From positions 1-62,163 of the forward strand of contig JAAPAO010000148.1 in the NCBI GenBank assembly GCA_013115145.1: a DNA stretch of 62,163 bases, read 5' to 3'. The position numbers were made by a program, and so were the translations under genes. The notes beneath the pieces were generated by a model. It had not been told where the DNA came from, did no database searches, and saw only the letters and a program-made list of their open reading frames with translations. Source of the stretch: Perkinsus chesapeaki ATCC PRA-425. Its lineage: Eukaryota; Protista; Perkinsozoa. How positions within the stretch are numbered: the stretch's first letter is position 1; each line of letters starts with the position of its first letter. Of this stretch, positions 9,239 to 22,905 are shown piece after piece.

Positions 9239-9434
9239 GCTGTGATCTTTTAACGGCGACAACAATGTCTTCAACGTAGACGGCAGAAACGTATTTCGAT
9301 AGGCAAACGCCCAAAACTGTGTTCCAAGAGCAGAGAAATATCACAATCGTCTCTTCTGGGACATTGAATGAATTCGATCGATCTAATCTATTAGAGTCAG
9401 TAATAGATACCATCCCACACTAGTCTTTTCAGAT

Positions 9435-10442
9435 ATGGCTACTCGTTATTGGTTGTATCCTTCCTGCAGAGTAAGCGTATACTTCCTTCGAGGCTATTCG
9501 TGGATAATAACGAGAATACGGTGGATGCTCATAAACCGAAAAAAGCCAGATTGGAAGCGTCATGTTACTTGGGCGCGGGCAGGGTAAGAAAACGGTATGA
9601 CGGCCCATGGTCGAAACATAAAGAAAATCACTTTCAATGGATACCTTGCTTGAAGCGTGCTCCAGCCTCCAAGATCTAGTACAAGCCGTTCTCGAAGCTA
9701 CCTCTTTTTTGCACTGCCGCTTCCAAAATTCTCATGGTGTACTACAACTTGGCGTTGCCAGTAAAGCAACAGAAAACAGAGTGTTTCAGTATTATACAGA
9801 GGATGAGCTGATACGGTTCGCTGCGCTGGATGATCGAAACCGAGTGGTCCCTTGGGGTAAAACTCTTGAAGCGTTGGAATTGGACATCGACCCTCAGACC
9901 GACACTAATACGTTATTTCTTGAAGTAAGTCTGTGAGAGGCTGCAGTGTTACTATTCATTTGTTGTCTTCAGTTCCTGGAAGATCTCGAGAGAAAGCTCT
10001 CATCGAACGAGCCAGAACCAGTGGTCTTCCGGGACGCCGACGTGAAGCCATTAGATGAGTTCGCCGATACGTCCAATGACGTCTTTGTCCTGCGAGATCC
10101 AATAACAAGTCGCAATGTGAGTCCATCTTTGCGGTCATTCCATATGGTGAGCATTGGTTTCCTGAAGGTAGCATGTGTTCTTACACCGACAACCAAAGTG
10201 GTAATTCTTAACGAGCTCACCCGAGCAACTTATGTACTCGAAGGTGGCGCAACAGTCGAAGAATCCATTGGTATGAAACCCTTGTCGAGCTCTGCTTGGA
10301 GGTGACTGGACAATACCCACCATCCAAACTACAGAGTGTGCTCCCTTGTGGGGACGGATTGAGAATACACTTTCACCACAGCGATTTTTGTTTCTTGGCA
10401 CTTCCAAGTTTGAGTTGCGGAATGCCTTTTAAAACGCCCTAA
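9435..10442 (+). CDS. Multi-exon hypothetical protein, boundaries approximate
   Basis: Chain of same-strand ORFs (9637-9936, 9946-10305) separated by GTAAG/GTGAG...AG introns. No family recognised. Confidence 0.45.
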
Positions 10443-10475
10443 CTGACGGGGCGTTTAAGGTCTTTAAAAGACCTT
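10432..10475. repeat. Two abutting hairpins: AAACGCCC-9 nt-GGGCGTTT and AAGGTCTTT-A-AAAGACCTT
   Basis: Read directly at 10432-10456 and 10457-10475, between convergent genes. Confidence 0.85.
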
Positions 10476-10764
10476 CGACAGCCGTGGCGTCTACAAGGCA
10501 GCGAATAATCATGCCTATTAGTTACGTTACGTTTGTAAAATGCACTAGGTGTACGATAGAGTGAACGAGGCTATAAATGCCTTATGAGCAAGGCAACTCA
10601 ATACCTCATTACCGGAATCTCGTTTCTCGCAATCGGAATCTGAGCAACTGAAGACGTTCGCGATGTGACTTACTAGACTTGCGGAAGAGCCCTGCGCTAT
10701 TCTTCCCAGAATCTGCGGAACTACACGAAAAACTGGACAAGAACTCAAAGCCCTTCAGTGTGTT

Positions 10765-13700
10765 TCAAACAGCCGCGAAATCCATACACTCATAAGGTGC
10801 GTAAACATCTTCTTCCACCCGAGCTCCATCAACCGAATCGTAATGCTTCATGTAAGTTCCATCAGGGAATTTATTATACTGCTCACTGATCTCTACTATC
10901 TCCTTCACTCTGGTATATTCCTTTATTATATTTTCTTCAACCAGCGTATCCGATGACATGCTGGACATGGTTATAGTTCCACTGTCTGATGCCGATGGTC
11001 TTCCGGAAGTTTGATTCCGTTTTTGGTCACCGCGGCAGAGCTCGACGGCACTCCGAGGGGGTTCTGCTCCCAAGACCAACGCTACGGTAGCCGCGGAGCC
11101 TATCAAATCTGCAATCGGGTACCTGAATAAGCGCAAGGCAGTACAGGAGTGCTGAGGAAGATCCTACAGCTCAGCATCGTGTACTGGTACTCCCTTCGGC
11201 CCCTGTATGAGACGTTCTCCACCGTTCAAAACTAGAACCATATCCCCACGCTTTGATATAAATAAACCGATACGGTCCCCAGGTTTCAAACATACTGGAT
11301 TCCACCTGCGTGAACAAGTGCAGGACAGCAGCACAACCTCAACCGGAGTGATCGCCTTTTAACTCACCCGTTTTCAAGATCCTCCCATGTATCTGTTACA
11401 CTATTATAAGAGGAACCATCGTAACCGATAGTCCAAGACGAGTCCAAGTCAGCTACTGTAGATGGTACACCTTCGGCCATCACATCTTCAGGCGTCGCCT
11501 GATAAGTTACGCCATTAAAGGTTTTGCGAGTCAGACGTGACTAAGCCTTGAAGGCTCGATGCAAACTCGAGAGAAAGCTCATAGGGTTGGAAATAAAGCA
11601 GCATTCTGTTCGGAAGGCGACTATCTCCTACAAGTGACCTAATAATCAGAATGTCTTACTGTGGTGGCCCCGAGAGTGAGGCCATCAACCCAATGTCCTT
11701 GAGGCTCTTGAATCTCTAATAGCTCGACTTCAAAATAGAGTCCAGCAAAGCGGAAGTGCTCAATCGGCCCGTCACCGATCACCATTCCAAGCGCGACATC
11801 ATTCTTGGAGGGGCCCATATCCTTCTTGTACTTGGCGATACGACCATAATCGCTGATCTTCACATAAGAAGAATGTACTTTTGGTGCCCAGCCACTCAAC
11901 CGTGGAACGGCATTTTCCCGGTGGGCGTCGTTCAATACAGATGCACGGGCAAAGCTGGCTCTACTTTTTCGGGAGAACGTAGAAGACTGGAACCCTTCCT
12001 CACCTAGGTGAAAATTTCATCTAGCACACCCGAATTTCCGTACCGGTCTGTATTTCATCGAAAACGCCAAATAAATAGCTGGCCTCTCTGGTGAGTATAT
12101 CGTCACTGTCTCGGGCATCCCAAGCAGTTTCCTTCATCTCTGTTATCCGTATTAAATTTATGTTGTCTTCATCGGCAAAAACATCACGTTGCCGCTCCTG
12201 TTTCTCGCGTCGAGCGAGCACCTGATATAATCTGGACGTTGGTAGCCGTTGGCCGGTGTCTAGGCTGACAGCACCTCTTGAATTTGCAGATCGGTAAGGT
12301 TGTGTATCATCGCAACACATACATAAAGAGCCACAAGTCTATTAGGCATACGATTTATATGAACAGCAATGGTGAACTGTGTTCCTGCTTCTCGGCAGTT
12401 CAGGAAAGGACATCTGGCTACGACCTGAAGTAGCAGCCTCGAGCATCAAATCGTCATTAGCTATGGCCCACTGTGGTTCCCACAAGACAGACTTACACTG
12501 TCCCCAACATCTTTGGGAGATGTGTAGTTAACGAACATCGGTAAGCATATCAAGTTCATGCCAGTTGGAACCTGATAAGATCTGCTTACTGTGCAGCATG
12601 CTCCAGTCAATTTGACGCCGAACCTTGCTGTAGAGGAGCCTTCGCCAGTCAGTGACCCTCTCGCTTGCTATCGGTCTGTCATGGTCCGCGGCAATTTCGC
12701 ATGCAAACATGAGTTGGAGGCCTCTTTCAAGGTAGTGTGTAAGAGCCTACACGGAGAGTTCAGCATACCCCCAGCCATACCGCTCACAGCGTCCTTCTGC
12801 CAGACGACCGCCGAGGACTGATTTTGGCGATATGCTTCGATCGCATCCCGGACATGCTGATATACTTCGCGCTTGCTCTCCTGTATCCTAGCCAAACGCT
12901 TCAATGGCCAATCCTGAAGCTAAGTTACCATTGATCAGTCCTTGGCATTCTGTTTGATGTTACGCTGAAGAATGAAGGTATCTCAGATATCGTCGTAGAG
13001 AAGGGATGCCAGTAGTTGTTGTTCCATAAGTCGTAGTAAATCCTCGTTGGTTCTGGAGTCTGCATATTAGCCCACACATTCGACTTGTTGAAAATGATAT
13101 CTATCGTCCTGTATGGCATCAAAGGGTGCTCATTGAATGACACGGGCTTCCACGTGCCATCTTTCCAATGAAGATTTTTGCCTGTGATCCTGGAATCCGC
13201 CTCTTCAAAGTCGGGGCCGGAGCAATCCCAGCATATTAATATCTCAGTGCAGTTGACCCCAAGTCGAGCCGAAGATGCTTCCTTGCCTCGGAGTGGCCGA
13301 GTGCTATTGGTTATTGGGTAAGCTTGATGGCACAGGAACCCGAGCATGTTTCTCGTACTGGGGTAAGAACCGCATATGGTACACGGCAGGTTCAAAGGGA
13401 GGCTAGAGTGAAGCCTCAAGGGGTGCCTACAAGACACTATTGAGTCTCTTCATGCTCTTATTGCGGAAGTTGAGGGTGACAGAACGCAGGAAGAGTCCAC
13501 AAGACGAGCGCTTGGAGCTTACTGGTGATGTTGCGAATTGAGAAGGAGCAGCTCATTTGGTGGCGCGTCTAATGTGGCATCTAACATCTCTTGATCTGGA
13601 TGCTGTTCATCGTCGTTCGACAGAATACTGCCGAACGAGCTATCATCGACAGAGGTCTACACTCAGAACTGTGGCAGACAAAAAGGGGAACACCTACATC

Positions 13701-16700
13701 ATCGGTTGGGGGAATCAGCATTGATGCATCAACTGAAGCATCAATAGAAAAGTCAACGCCTTTGGACGCTCTCATCAAAGCGGAAGTTCCCCGGCGTCTT
13801 TCCTCCTTGATAGCTTTCAGCTGCGATTTGCGGCGCTGCCTCAGCAGTTTCTGGTAGGCAATGAAGGGAGTTAGAATCATCGGTATAGGTCTTACTTGAT
13901 AGAGCAGCCGCTTCCTTCTCGTTACTTCCGCCTCTCTGGCCTCCTTAGGTGCTAGCCTTCCTGGGGGCCTTTTATCCACCACAGTGCGCTTACAGCGATG
14001 AGCATCAGCGAAACGCTTAGGCAAACTGTATCTTTGAGGAGTATAGATTGCAAGAGGAACGATGGAAAGGAGTTTAACAGTTCAAGATTCCACCCTTAAA
14101 CCCCACCATTGCACTTACCGTCGACCAATCGTAGCATCCCAGAATGTGACAGAGCAGTCGAACTCCATAGTCATGACCCAGTAGGCAGGCTGCCGGTCCC
14201 ACGTTGTGCCAATGCATACGAACGCGGTCTCTCCGACCTAGTGACAATCCACATCGAGCTACCAGCATCGGGCCTGCCTTCTGCTGGCTCTCATCATCAT
14301 AACTGCCTGAAGGTAGCTCGGCAGTAGCCTCATCCTAAGCTCATGCTCAACGTATGAACTTATAAGATATCCAGACAGCCTACAGCTTCGGCGACAGGAG
14401 ACTTCACATTTGGCAACACGTGCTTCCTGGCAGTGACCCCTAGAAGCAGACTACAGTGTAATAGCGCGCGCGCAAGTGAGTCTCCTTTTTGGAGCGACAT
14501 GGTGAAATCTGATTCAGTGGTGTAAAAAAGCAAATACAGCAACCCACCAGGTGCAAGCGCCAAGCTCTCATATATGGGCATGGCGTTAACGTATGGGAAG
14601 CACCGTACCCAGAAGTAGACCGCGTTTCTGTTGTCTACCTCCGAGGGGGGCTTTATGACATCCAGAAAGGAAGGTAGATAATGAAGGCGCCTGTCAGCCA
14701 TACAGTCGAGTATAACAGGCTCGAGGGTTCATACCCTCGTTGCCCTCTGAGCTGATATATAAACTGTCGGTTCCTATTGTCATCAACCTTCAGTGGCTCA
14801 GTATGATTGTTCCACTCGATGATTCTCAATGGCCATTCAGCGATAAGTTTGGGAGGTAAGTAGTCTGGACGAGAGTCTGGTACATCTGGTACACGATAGT
14901 CATCGGGAAAATCGAATGGCCTTATCCATGCTTCAACGTAAATATTGGATATCTATAAGGGCTAAAATATAACACATTTTGTCGTAAATAGGAGTACGTT
15001 ATTCTTGCTTGAAACCTCCTCAGCGTCCTCATCAGGGGGCATCCATAGGCATTTCAAGCGCCTTTTAAGATGGAGTACCTGTTCATTTGCTGGCCACCAC
15101 TGCAGCGTAAAGCTGGGAATGAAGCTCATACTTTAGTTTGATAGTCGGTTGCTAAACCAGTCCTGATAGAGTAGTAAGTTTGTGTCTCCGATTTGCCTAC
15201 GAGAGAACATCGCGCTGTCTGGTGGCTGCGACAAGTGTAGTTAGCAATATATTCAAACCGTCATTGAATATCTCGCTGAGGTCCATCTTGGCCCATCCGC
15301 AATGGTCCGTGCCTCCCACCCCCGAGGAATCGCTGGCATCCAGCCACACGTCGAATGTAACTGGTCCCTATGGCAGAATGTGAGCTTTATGCACTGTATT
15401 TTGGACGCGACCTTGGCAAGGACCTCTCTAGGGTCCAAAGTAGTGGTGTTAGCCACCCTTATTTCAAAGTAAAAATCCTGTTTATATTCCGGTCTAAGGT
15501 CATCCTGTACCACATCAGTAACATAAGACATCCCGTCGAAAGTAACCTAGTATTTTTTGGATGATATCTGTACCATGCACTCGGGCTACCTGGACGTACG
15601 TATCCATTTCACTAAGTGGCCGCTGCTGGGGTGTTAGAATCTTATCAACTTTAATGACTCGCACTAGAAGATATGCCTAAGCCGGGTATACACACGGTGT
15701 CCCCGATATGATGGATAGACCTTGGACTCGGCCATATCGCACAGCTCTCCTGTCTGACGGTAGTGGGGTCTGTGGTCAACACCGATCTTCCCACCGAGCT
15801 TCCCGAATCCCGACTGCAGCATTCGTCCGATCGCCTCTTTGGACTCTTGCTGCGTTCCTAGCTTGAAAATGGTCGCAGCGGCTCACGGTCAGTAACCTCT
15901 GGTAGCAATTTTCATGAGCTCCTTCGCAAACCAGGCCGGCGGACCAAACATTGCCGAAACGTGACCGTACTCGTGCACGCCGCGGAGGGATATGAGAGCT
16001 TCGGCAATAGGCTGACAGCAAGCCACGTTTCCAATACATCTAACGGTGCTTGTCAATCAAGAATGTTTAATATCGTTAGAGAATAGCCGATAGGCGTACA
16101 GTGTTCTTGTATAAGCCATGCTTCTTGGAGCGCTGAACGACCTCGACTCTGAGGGTCTCACTATCGACGTCTGCCAACGTGCCGCGGTAATAGATTTTCC
16201 CTACATTCGGCCAACGAAGCCTGCAAAGAGAACTTATAAGATCACAACATAATTTTAAAGATCATACATGGCGGACTCCCTTTTGATATAGTCACTTCGT
16301 ATGCTCATCGAAAAGAAGCTCTTCCACTGCTCGAAAAAGTTACGTTTGATAGATGCTTGGAAACCCAACCGTGAGGAGGCGGTGGGCCCTCGGCGCTCAG
16401 CGTTCGCGCTTTTGCCATCGTTTTCCAGCTCAGAGAACATAGACGCCGAGTTGACCAAGAACGATCCTCCGCCGACGATGGTCTGCAGAGACTTAGAGGC
16501 CTGGTTACCTGTTCGCAGGCACCGCTACTGACCTTGCGTGCTCTTCGTAATCTTGAAAGAGCGTCAAAGCCTACAGGCAAAAATGTGCCTGCCGCACTTG
16601 TGCGCTTACCATCTGCGTTTGATTGCAGAGCTTGACCTTCGTCATCCGTGGATCCTTCGCTTGCGCTCTCGGCAAAGATGTCCTCTTCGTGTTGCAAATC

Positions 16701-18170
16701 GTCTTTGTCGATATTTGCGTCGATCTCTTCGTAACCACCTGAGTTGATGCCACTGTGAGTCGGGCGTAACAAAAGAGGTTTTCTTGATCATGAGCAGTAT
16801 GGAGGAGCTAGTGGTAGCTTGACCAAGTGACACTTCTAAATGGTTGGAGTTGAGCTCTACTTTGTCGTACCCTTCGCGGCTTTGATCCTGGCAATGAGCT
16901 CTTCAACTGTTGGCAAGTCCCTGAGGGTCCAATCAAGCAAGTGTAGCTCGAAGTCATATATTTCTTGAAAGTAGATCTGGAACTGGACATGGTATCTATT
17001 TGGGGATCAAACTCTTCATGAAATCCACAGACTGCACCACTAAAGATACCTTTCATTAAATTTCCCGCTTTCCATCCCTACTGTGTCATCAACATGAAAC
17101 GTGCCGAGGACACAATTCTGGAGAACCGGGCCAGTTGCATACTCCATTAGCAGTCGGGAGTGATGAGAATCGATTCGATTGGCCCTAGTCGGAGAAAAAG
17201 CTCCATGTGGGGCAAAGAGAGTTTGAAAGGATCACTTATATTTGCTCCATTGCCAGAGCTCGATTTTGAGATGCTCTCGTTCGAGATCCAGATAGCTGCC
17301 TCGCCATTCGAAATCAAAATCGTCGGGAATCTGGACTTTGTTCTTAACTCCATCTGTGAACATTTTGGGGACACTAAATGCACCCGTCCGGAGGGACTGC
17401 GCTTCCTTGCCTATGCACCAGACCGAACCTGCCAAAGCCTTGCGTTCCGGCTCCTCAGAGTAGTATAACTTGATGCGCTCAGCCACCCAAAAAGCGTTCC
17501 TGTCTGAGCAGTGTCAACTCGGAACTCCTCTCTTGTTCCTCCCCATGCGAAGTTGAGGAAGGCGACCGGCTCGTCATTATTGAGAGGAGTGACTTCGATC
17601 TTCCACAGCCGGACACCCCACCTCCGCGGATGGGACCAGAAGCGTCTCTAAGGCTGCTCTATTGGGAACAGGCTATACACTTTAAGCCTTGCCTCTGCTT
17701 CGGTCTCTCCAACTGTCACATTATATTTACCCTTGTGAGCTTCACAGGCCGCCTGGAACCGTTCTCGGGTAATGCAGATATCGTCATCAGCAGGGAGAGT
17801 ATCATTTCCTTCTTCTGGTGAGGTCTAAGGGTAAATGTCTTTGAGGCGTGATGTGACTGGTACCATGCCCCTCTCCAGATCCCCTCCGTCTTGACCAACC
17901 TCTTCTTCTAGCTCAGCTTGTTGCCGCTGACGTACCTCTTCCTCCTGAAACAATAAAATTCCAATTCCCAATCTCTAGGTTTAGTGCGGAATATTTAGAG
18001 ATTATCTCGCTGTGTTTTGCCTGAATGGACTAACATTGCCCAACCTTATCGCGGTCCTCTTCCTCTCTCCTGCGCCTATCATCTTCTTCTTTCTGCTTCT
18101 CTTTATCTTCTTTTGTATCACCTCCCACAAAGTTCTTTACTGCTGCAAGCCCGGCTGCGGCTGCGAACAT
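10765..18170 (-). CDS. Large multi-exon protein: charged N-terminus, several C2 domains, CC2D2A/CEP76-like C-terminal domain, Neuralized (NHR) domain
   Basis: C2-like exons (EWRGSYLDLEREHLKIELW; VVQDDLRPEYKQDFYF). CEP76/CC2D2A-like motifs KGDSLARALLHCSLLLG, PYRTIDIIFNKSNVWANMQ and TQFTIAVHINRMPNRLVALYVCVA. NHR motifs GMVIGDGPI...GLYFEVEL...WVDGLTLGAT, KPGDRIGL and YPIADLIGS. Confidence 0.7.
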
Positions 18171-18666
18171 ATTCAAAGTAGTGCTGTAGAAGCCAACCCT
18201 TATGAGAGTCGAACTATGAGCTCGAATTGATAGGAAGCACTCTCTAATAGGAAGATCCTATACAGCAGTAACAGACTGGACCTCGACTTCCCTCAATTCT
18301 TGCATTCCAACCAGTTCCTTATCAGCTTCTGGTTGCGCTTGCATGAGTATGACAACTCGAGAACCACTCTATAAGTAGTAGATGAAGTTGATAGAATAAG
18401 TAGACAACATAGTGAATAAACGATAAGTTGAGTCATCAATAAGTCACCCGTCCGTGAACACCTCGTCAACCTATCCTCTAAAGGCACTTTCGATAGAGAT
18501 CGGCCCGGCTTTAATGGGCACATAGTAATACGCAAAAGTTAGCTCCTCCTCTTATAAGCTGCTTCATAGCAGCCTTGTACCCTTCATAAACGAATAAACC
18601 TTAGCGTTCCGCTTTGCCCCGCGCTTCCCAATTTACTCTTTTCGGTTCGGAGCGGAACGCGTAAGA

Positions 18667-19191
18667 ATGAGTTTTAGTTACCTTATACCACTCATACCAG
18701 GGATCAGAGAACAAGAGGTTCTTCGATCTCTTCGCCAATTAGCTCTGGAGAAGAGAGCTCTAATTGTGGAACCACGCAAAGGCGATGAAGTTTCTTGTGC
18801 CCCTCGAATGGAGTCCATTCACTGGGTGACCTGTCTTGACTCACTGCAAGCAATGTAAACCTAGCCCTGCACTGAAGTGAAGCCTTGCCGAAGAGCGTAG
18901 CTCCTGGGAGTAGCTTACCATATGAAGATTGTATCCTGGCCTCTGTTGCCTCCTAGGTGATGTCACGAAACCGACATGCGTACAATCAGCTGTCACAAAA
19001 TATACAGCACGTTGTGGATTGATGGGACAATCAATGCCATGTGCCTGAATTTGCATGGACGACTTGCCCCAGCTCAAGGCTCAATCGCAATGCATCCCAC
19101 GGCTCACCGTATCAGAGCAGTGGTGGCGCGGGGCATGCGCATGCGCATACCAGCGAATAGTTCACTAGCGGTAGAACGGGGTCTCGAGTAA
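18667..19191 (+). CDS. Hypothetical multi-exon protein
   Basis: Short ORFs with plausible GT-AG introns. No recognisable domain. Confidence 0.25.
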
Positions 19192-19656
19192 ACGAGCCAT
19201 CAGCAAAAGGGTAGAGATAGACGCTAGACTATCGACGAGCTGCGAGGGTCGGTCGGAATCACCCTGGTCGGGTCGAGCCCTGTGGGCGCTGGAAAGGCTA
19301 CTTTCATGGAGCCCGTCTTCGCTTGACATCACCTTGAGCCGAGGGAAACTTCACTTCGGTTATCACACAGCATGCGCAAGAGCTAAGTTTAGCACGAGTT
19401 TGACGATATGTGTGTGTGTTGTATAAATAGCGATACTCGAATACTAAGGTTAGACAGTGTAACGAGTCTCGATTTTCGAGATTCGTATCGCTTGACGTGT
19501 GGACACGATGCGGCGCGTCACATGTGAGCGGGTTACCATGATGAACTTGTAATTCCCACGAACCTGCCTGGTGATCACAACGCCTCTCTTAATGGTTGAG
19601 ACTTCATCCCAGCGTTCAACCCTTTCCAATCTGATCAGTCGTATCAAGCTTAACCC

Positions 19657-20890
19657 ATGAATATCTACTTCAACGTTTCCCTAGCCGCTATTGTCGTATT
19701 TGCGGTCTCCGGAGATTTAACCTACCGAGACTACGAGGAAGACGACAGATGTGATGCTGAAGGTTTTTATGGCTGCAGTTATACACCCTGTTATGTAGCA
19801 GTTGATACAACCGAGCAAGTTAATGTGAGTTATATGTACTGCGTAGTGTTGAGCATCTGTATCTCCTCCGAAATAACTGATAATAGTCGATTGTCTCGCA
19901 GATAAGGTCTACGCAGTTGTTCATATATGTGTGACCAGGTAGTCGGATTTATCATCTTCCGCATACCCTATCTATACGACGAGCACGAGGTAGAAGCTCT
20001 GAAGGATAAGATGTGAGTGGCTATAGCCCATCGCGAGTGAATTCTATGCAGTTGATTTGATCAAGTCTGAACCCGTCGGTGTTTTGCATGTTGTTGAATG
20101 TGTTTCTTTTCAGGCTTGATCCGAGGAAAGAAGGAGAATTCGGCTACATATTTCGGGTAAGTCATTCAGATCGTAGCAATTTATGAACTATATCATTATT
20201 AACTCATTTCCATTCATAAACAGTGCATATAAATTTCTGGGCTCAGCAGCCGGCGCGGCTGAGCCGTACAAGTTCAAAGCTCCCTGTATATACTGGGCTC
20301 CGCCTTGCATTTCATCTTGTATGCGCGGTTTATCTTGTTCACAATCTCGACGTCGCTCGTACTAATCCTCAGGTCTGGGTTGACGAAAGCTACCGAAGGC
20401 AGGGTATTGCAACCAAGCTGTTGACGCACATCATTGACGTTGTAAGATTGCCAACCTTAAACTCTCTATGGTTTAAACTCAATGGGGTTCATGCTGAGGT
20501 ACATTCGACAAACTACTTTCCGATAAAAGTAATCAAATGCAACTTACACCTTTCTTATTGAGGAACAAATGATCATCAATTAGTGCAGAGAATATTGTTG
20601 CAATCATCCAATTTCAACTGCTGTACGAAGTTCACTGGAATAAACTCAGGGTCATCAAATCAAGAACATCCTTGCTGTGGGCTTACTCGTTCACAAGGAT
20701 AATGAGAAGGCTATCGCGCTGTATAAGAAGCTACACTTTGTAGAAGTTGAAGGTAGGGTTAAGTCTGACAAATCAAGTCCAAACGGCTCGCTTTGTTTCA
20801 GAGCGGGGAGAGCTCGAGTATATGTACGCCTATTACTATGTTCCCATCAAGTCTGGCCCAGATGTCCTTGAGGCTGCTGACAGGCGCTAA
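19657..20890 (+). CDS. GNAT acetyltransferase with an N-terminal signal peptide (copy 1)
   Basis: Signal-like MNIYFNVSLAAIVVFAVSG; motif A GYIFR|VWVDESYRRQGIATKLL; motif B LLVHKDNEKAIALYKKLHF; C-terminal YMYAYYYVPIK. Confidence 0.8.
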
Positions 20891-21378
20891 GTGACGCCTT
20901 TTAATCTTTGTTAGATATGACCCACTTAAAGCCAGGCTTTGGGTATGTCACCCCGGGTGGTGGACTCGACGCAGCAATCGCTTTTTAAAGTACTTTACCG
21001 TTCGGCTTGATTGCTGTCCGTCGGAGTGGCGTGTTGCTAATAATCACGCTTATCACGACTCATCGACTATATTACGACTAATCAACTTATTACTCAGAGT
21101 AGTCATATCTTCAATAAACTCTTGAGTTTTAAAAGTTATTTAAATGGGACAACGAATAAGAAACGTGATAACTAATCTGAGGAATGTATGACCATTACAG
21201 GCTCACACATCCAGTTGTCTACATCATCTACATCTTCAGTATTCTGAAACGGCCTTGTGGTATCATGTAGGTTGATTAGGGCCACACTGAGGCCCTAACC
21301 CGCGGAGGAGCACTTTTGTTTCCTGACTCACCCGGACGACACAACTCTTAGTGATGAAAGAAATTGATAACTCATGCT

Positions 21379-22706
21379 CTATTGGAAAGTACTGATCCAA
21401 TCTACAACGCGGATGCCCATCACCTGAGCAGTTTGTGAACCTTTACTCGGTCCTGGCTGAGAAGCTGGCATACCTGATAGTAACCATCACACGGGAAATC
21501 TCGATTGTCACTCACTTCCATAGATTGAAGCACCTGTCCAAGCTATGTCACTAGGTTGAACTCGAGGAACCGATTCAAAAACTGCAATGCTTTCGGATGT
21601 GAAGTTGGGTAGCAATCTGACAGTTAACCGATTATTACGATCACTGCTAGGATAACTACTCAGTGGAAACGAGAGACGTAAACTCTCCGATAACGTCGGT
21701 CTTCAGGGAAGAATCACCAGATCTTCCACCAATGAAGAAGAGCCGCTGTGCCACGATCCGACGCACATCGATTGGACATTTCTTTACAGCCTCGACCATC
21801 GCAGACGATACCTTAAAGATTTCGGACGAAACAACACCCTTAGAAGCTCTCACCAGTTGATGCATATTGGATTCGACTTCCTAGAGGCAGACATACCGGA
21901 ACAATAGCTGAAGCCTAAGGCTACCTTGAAAGCATCCGATTCAACAGCGGCGTCCATCAGCGGTACACAAGCGAACACAGGGGTAACTCGAGCCGAGCTG
22001 TGACCTATGTCGACCACAAGAGCGGTCGGTTGACCAATAAGGTACCTAAAGTAGAGTTCTATAGACTATAGAACACAAGCTCACAAGCTCAGTGGTGCTC
22101 CAAGCGTTATTGTCCGCCATTTACACCGGAATCTGCGTCCCAGCAAGTCCGACACCTGCTCGATACGAAAGGAAGGTTCCACCTGCGAGGGCGGTCTACC
22201 ATGTCTCTGATGTATCTCGGTGTGAACATATTCTCCAGGACTAGGAACCTGGTATCACCCCAGGATTCAGAACTCACTGGTGGTCCTATTAGAAGCCGAT
22301 CAAACAACACCTGGAAGAAGATTCAACGCGGATGGTGGAGTCATCTCCTCACATGACCGAGGAACATCTCAAGTTCGTCAGGTGTCCAGTCTTCCCAACA
22401 GTGATGAAGAGCCCTAATCCTCCACCTCGGCGCGATTTCACCAGCATATCCGAGCTGGTAAGAACAGTTCAAGTGTGATGTCTTATAATCTTCACCTTCC
22501 ACGTATAACAGCCCATATCAATAACCACCGTTGGCCTCCTCCCTGACGACAATGGTGCCACCTACTACCACCTACCTTAACTCACGTAGGCTAATCCTCT
22601 CTGCCGTCGAGGTTGGCGAAGATGCCACTGTTCTGGCTGGTCTGAGTCTGTCCTCTGCTGCTCGAGCTTTTGGTATAGGTGAAAGTTGCGGCGAAAGACC
22701 CGACAT
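21379..22706 (-). CDS. Actin-related protein, most like dynactin Arp10/Arp11
   Basis: VVIDMGCYTWK, VVDIGHSSARVTPVF, VKKCPIDVRR...FFIGG, AWTGASIYG and a terminal DW across short introns. Confidence 0.75.
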
Positions 22707-22905
22707 AACGCACAAGCGTTCTGGGCAACGGCCGGCAGCACTCAGTAGTAAACACAAGCCTTCATCTGTTAAACTCGTAATGTTGACATGATTCCATGTA
22801 GCTTAAAGAACTAGTTCTCCTCCGGCCGGGGACGTCTTTTAAACATCAACTCCGCTGACGACCGAGGCGGCAAAGCAGAGGACGAGCTCAGGTGGGGGAG
22901 CGTTC

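Noticed and set aside
18012-18230. Apparent small TM protein (F/L-rich) on the plus strand
   Set aside because: It is the antisense of the K/E/D/R-rich first exon (MFAAAAG...EDDRRRREEEDRDK) of the C2-domain gene.
19334-19346. CTCGGCTCAAG on the minus strand, resembling the 3' end of the Perkinsus/dinoflagellate spliced leader
   Set aside because: Only about 10 nt match and the upstream bases do not. I found no convincing SL relic or SL RNA gene in the window.
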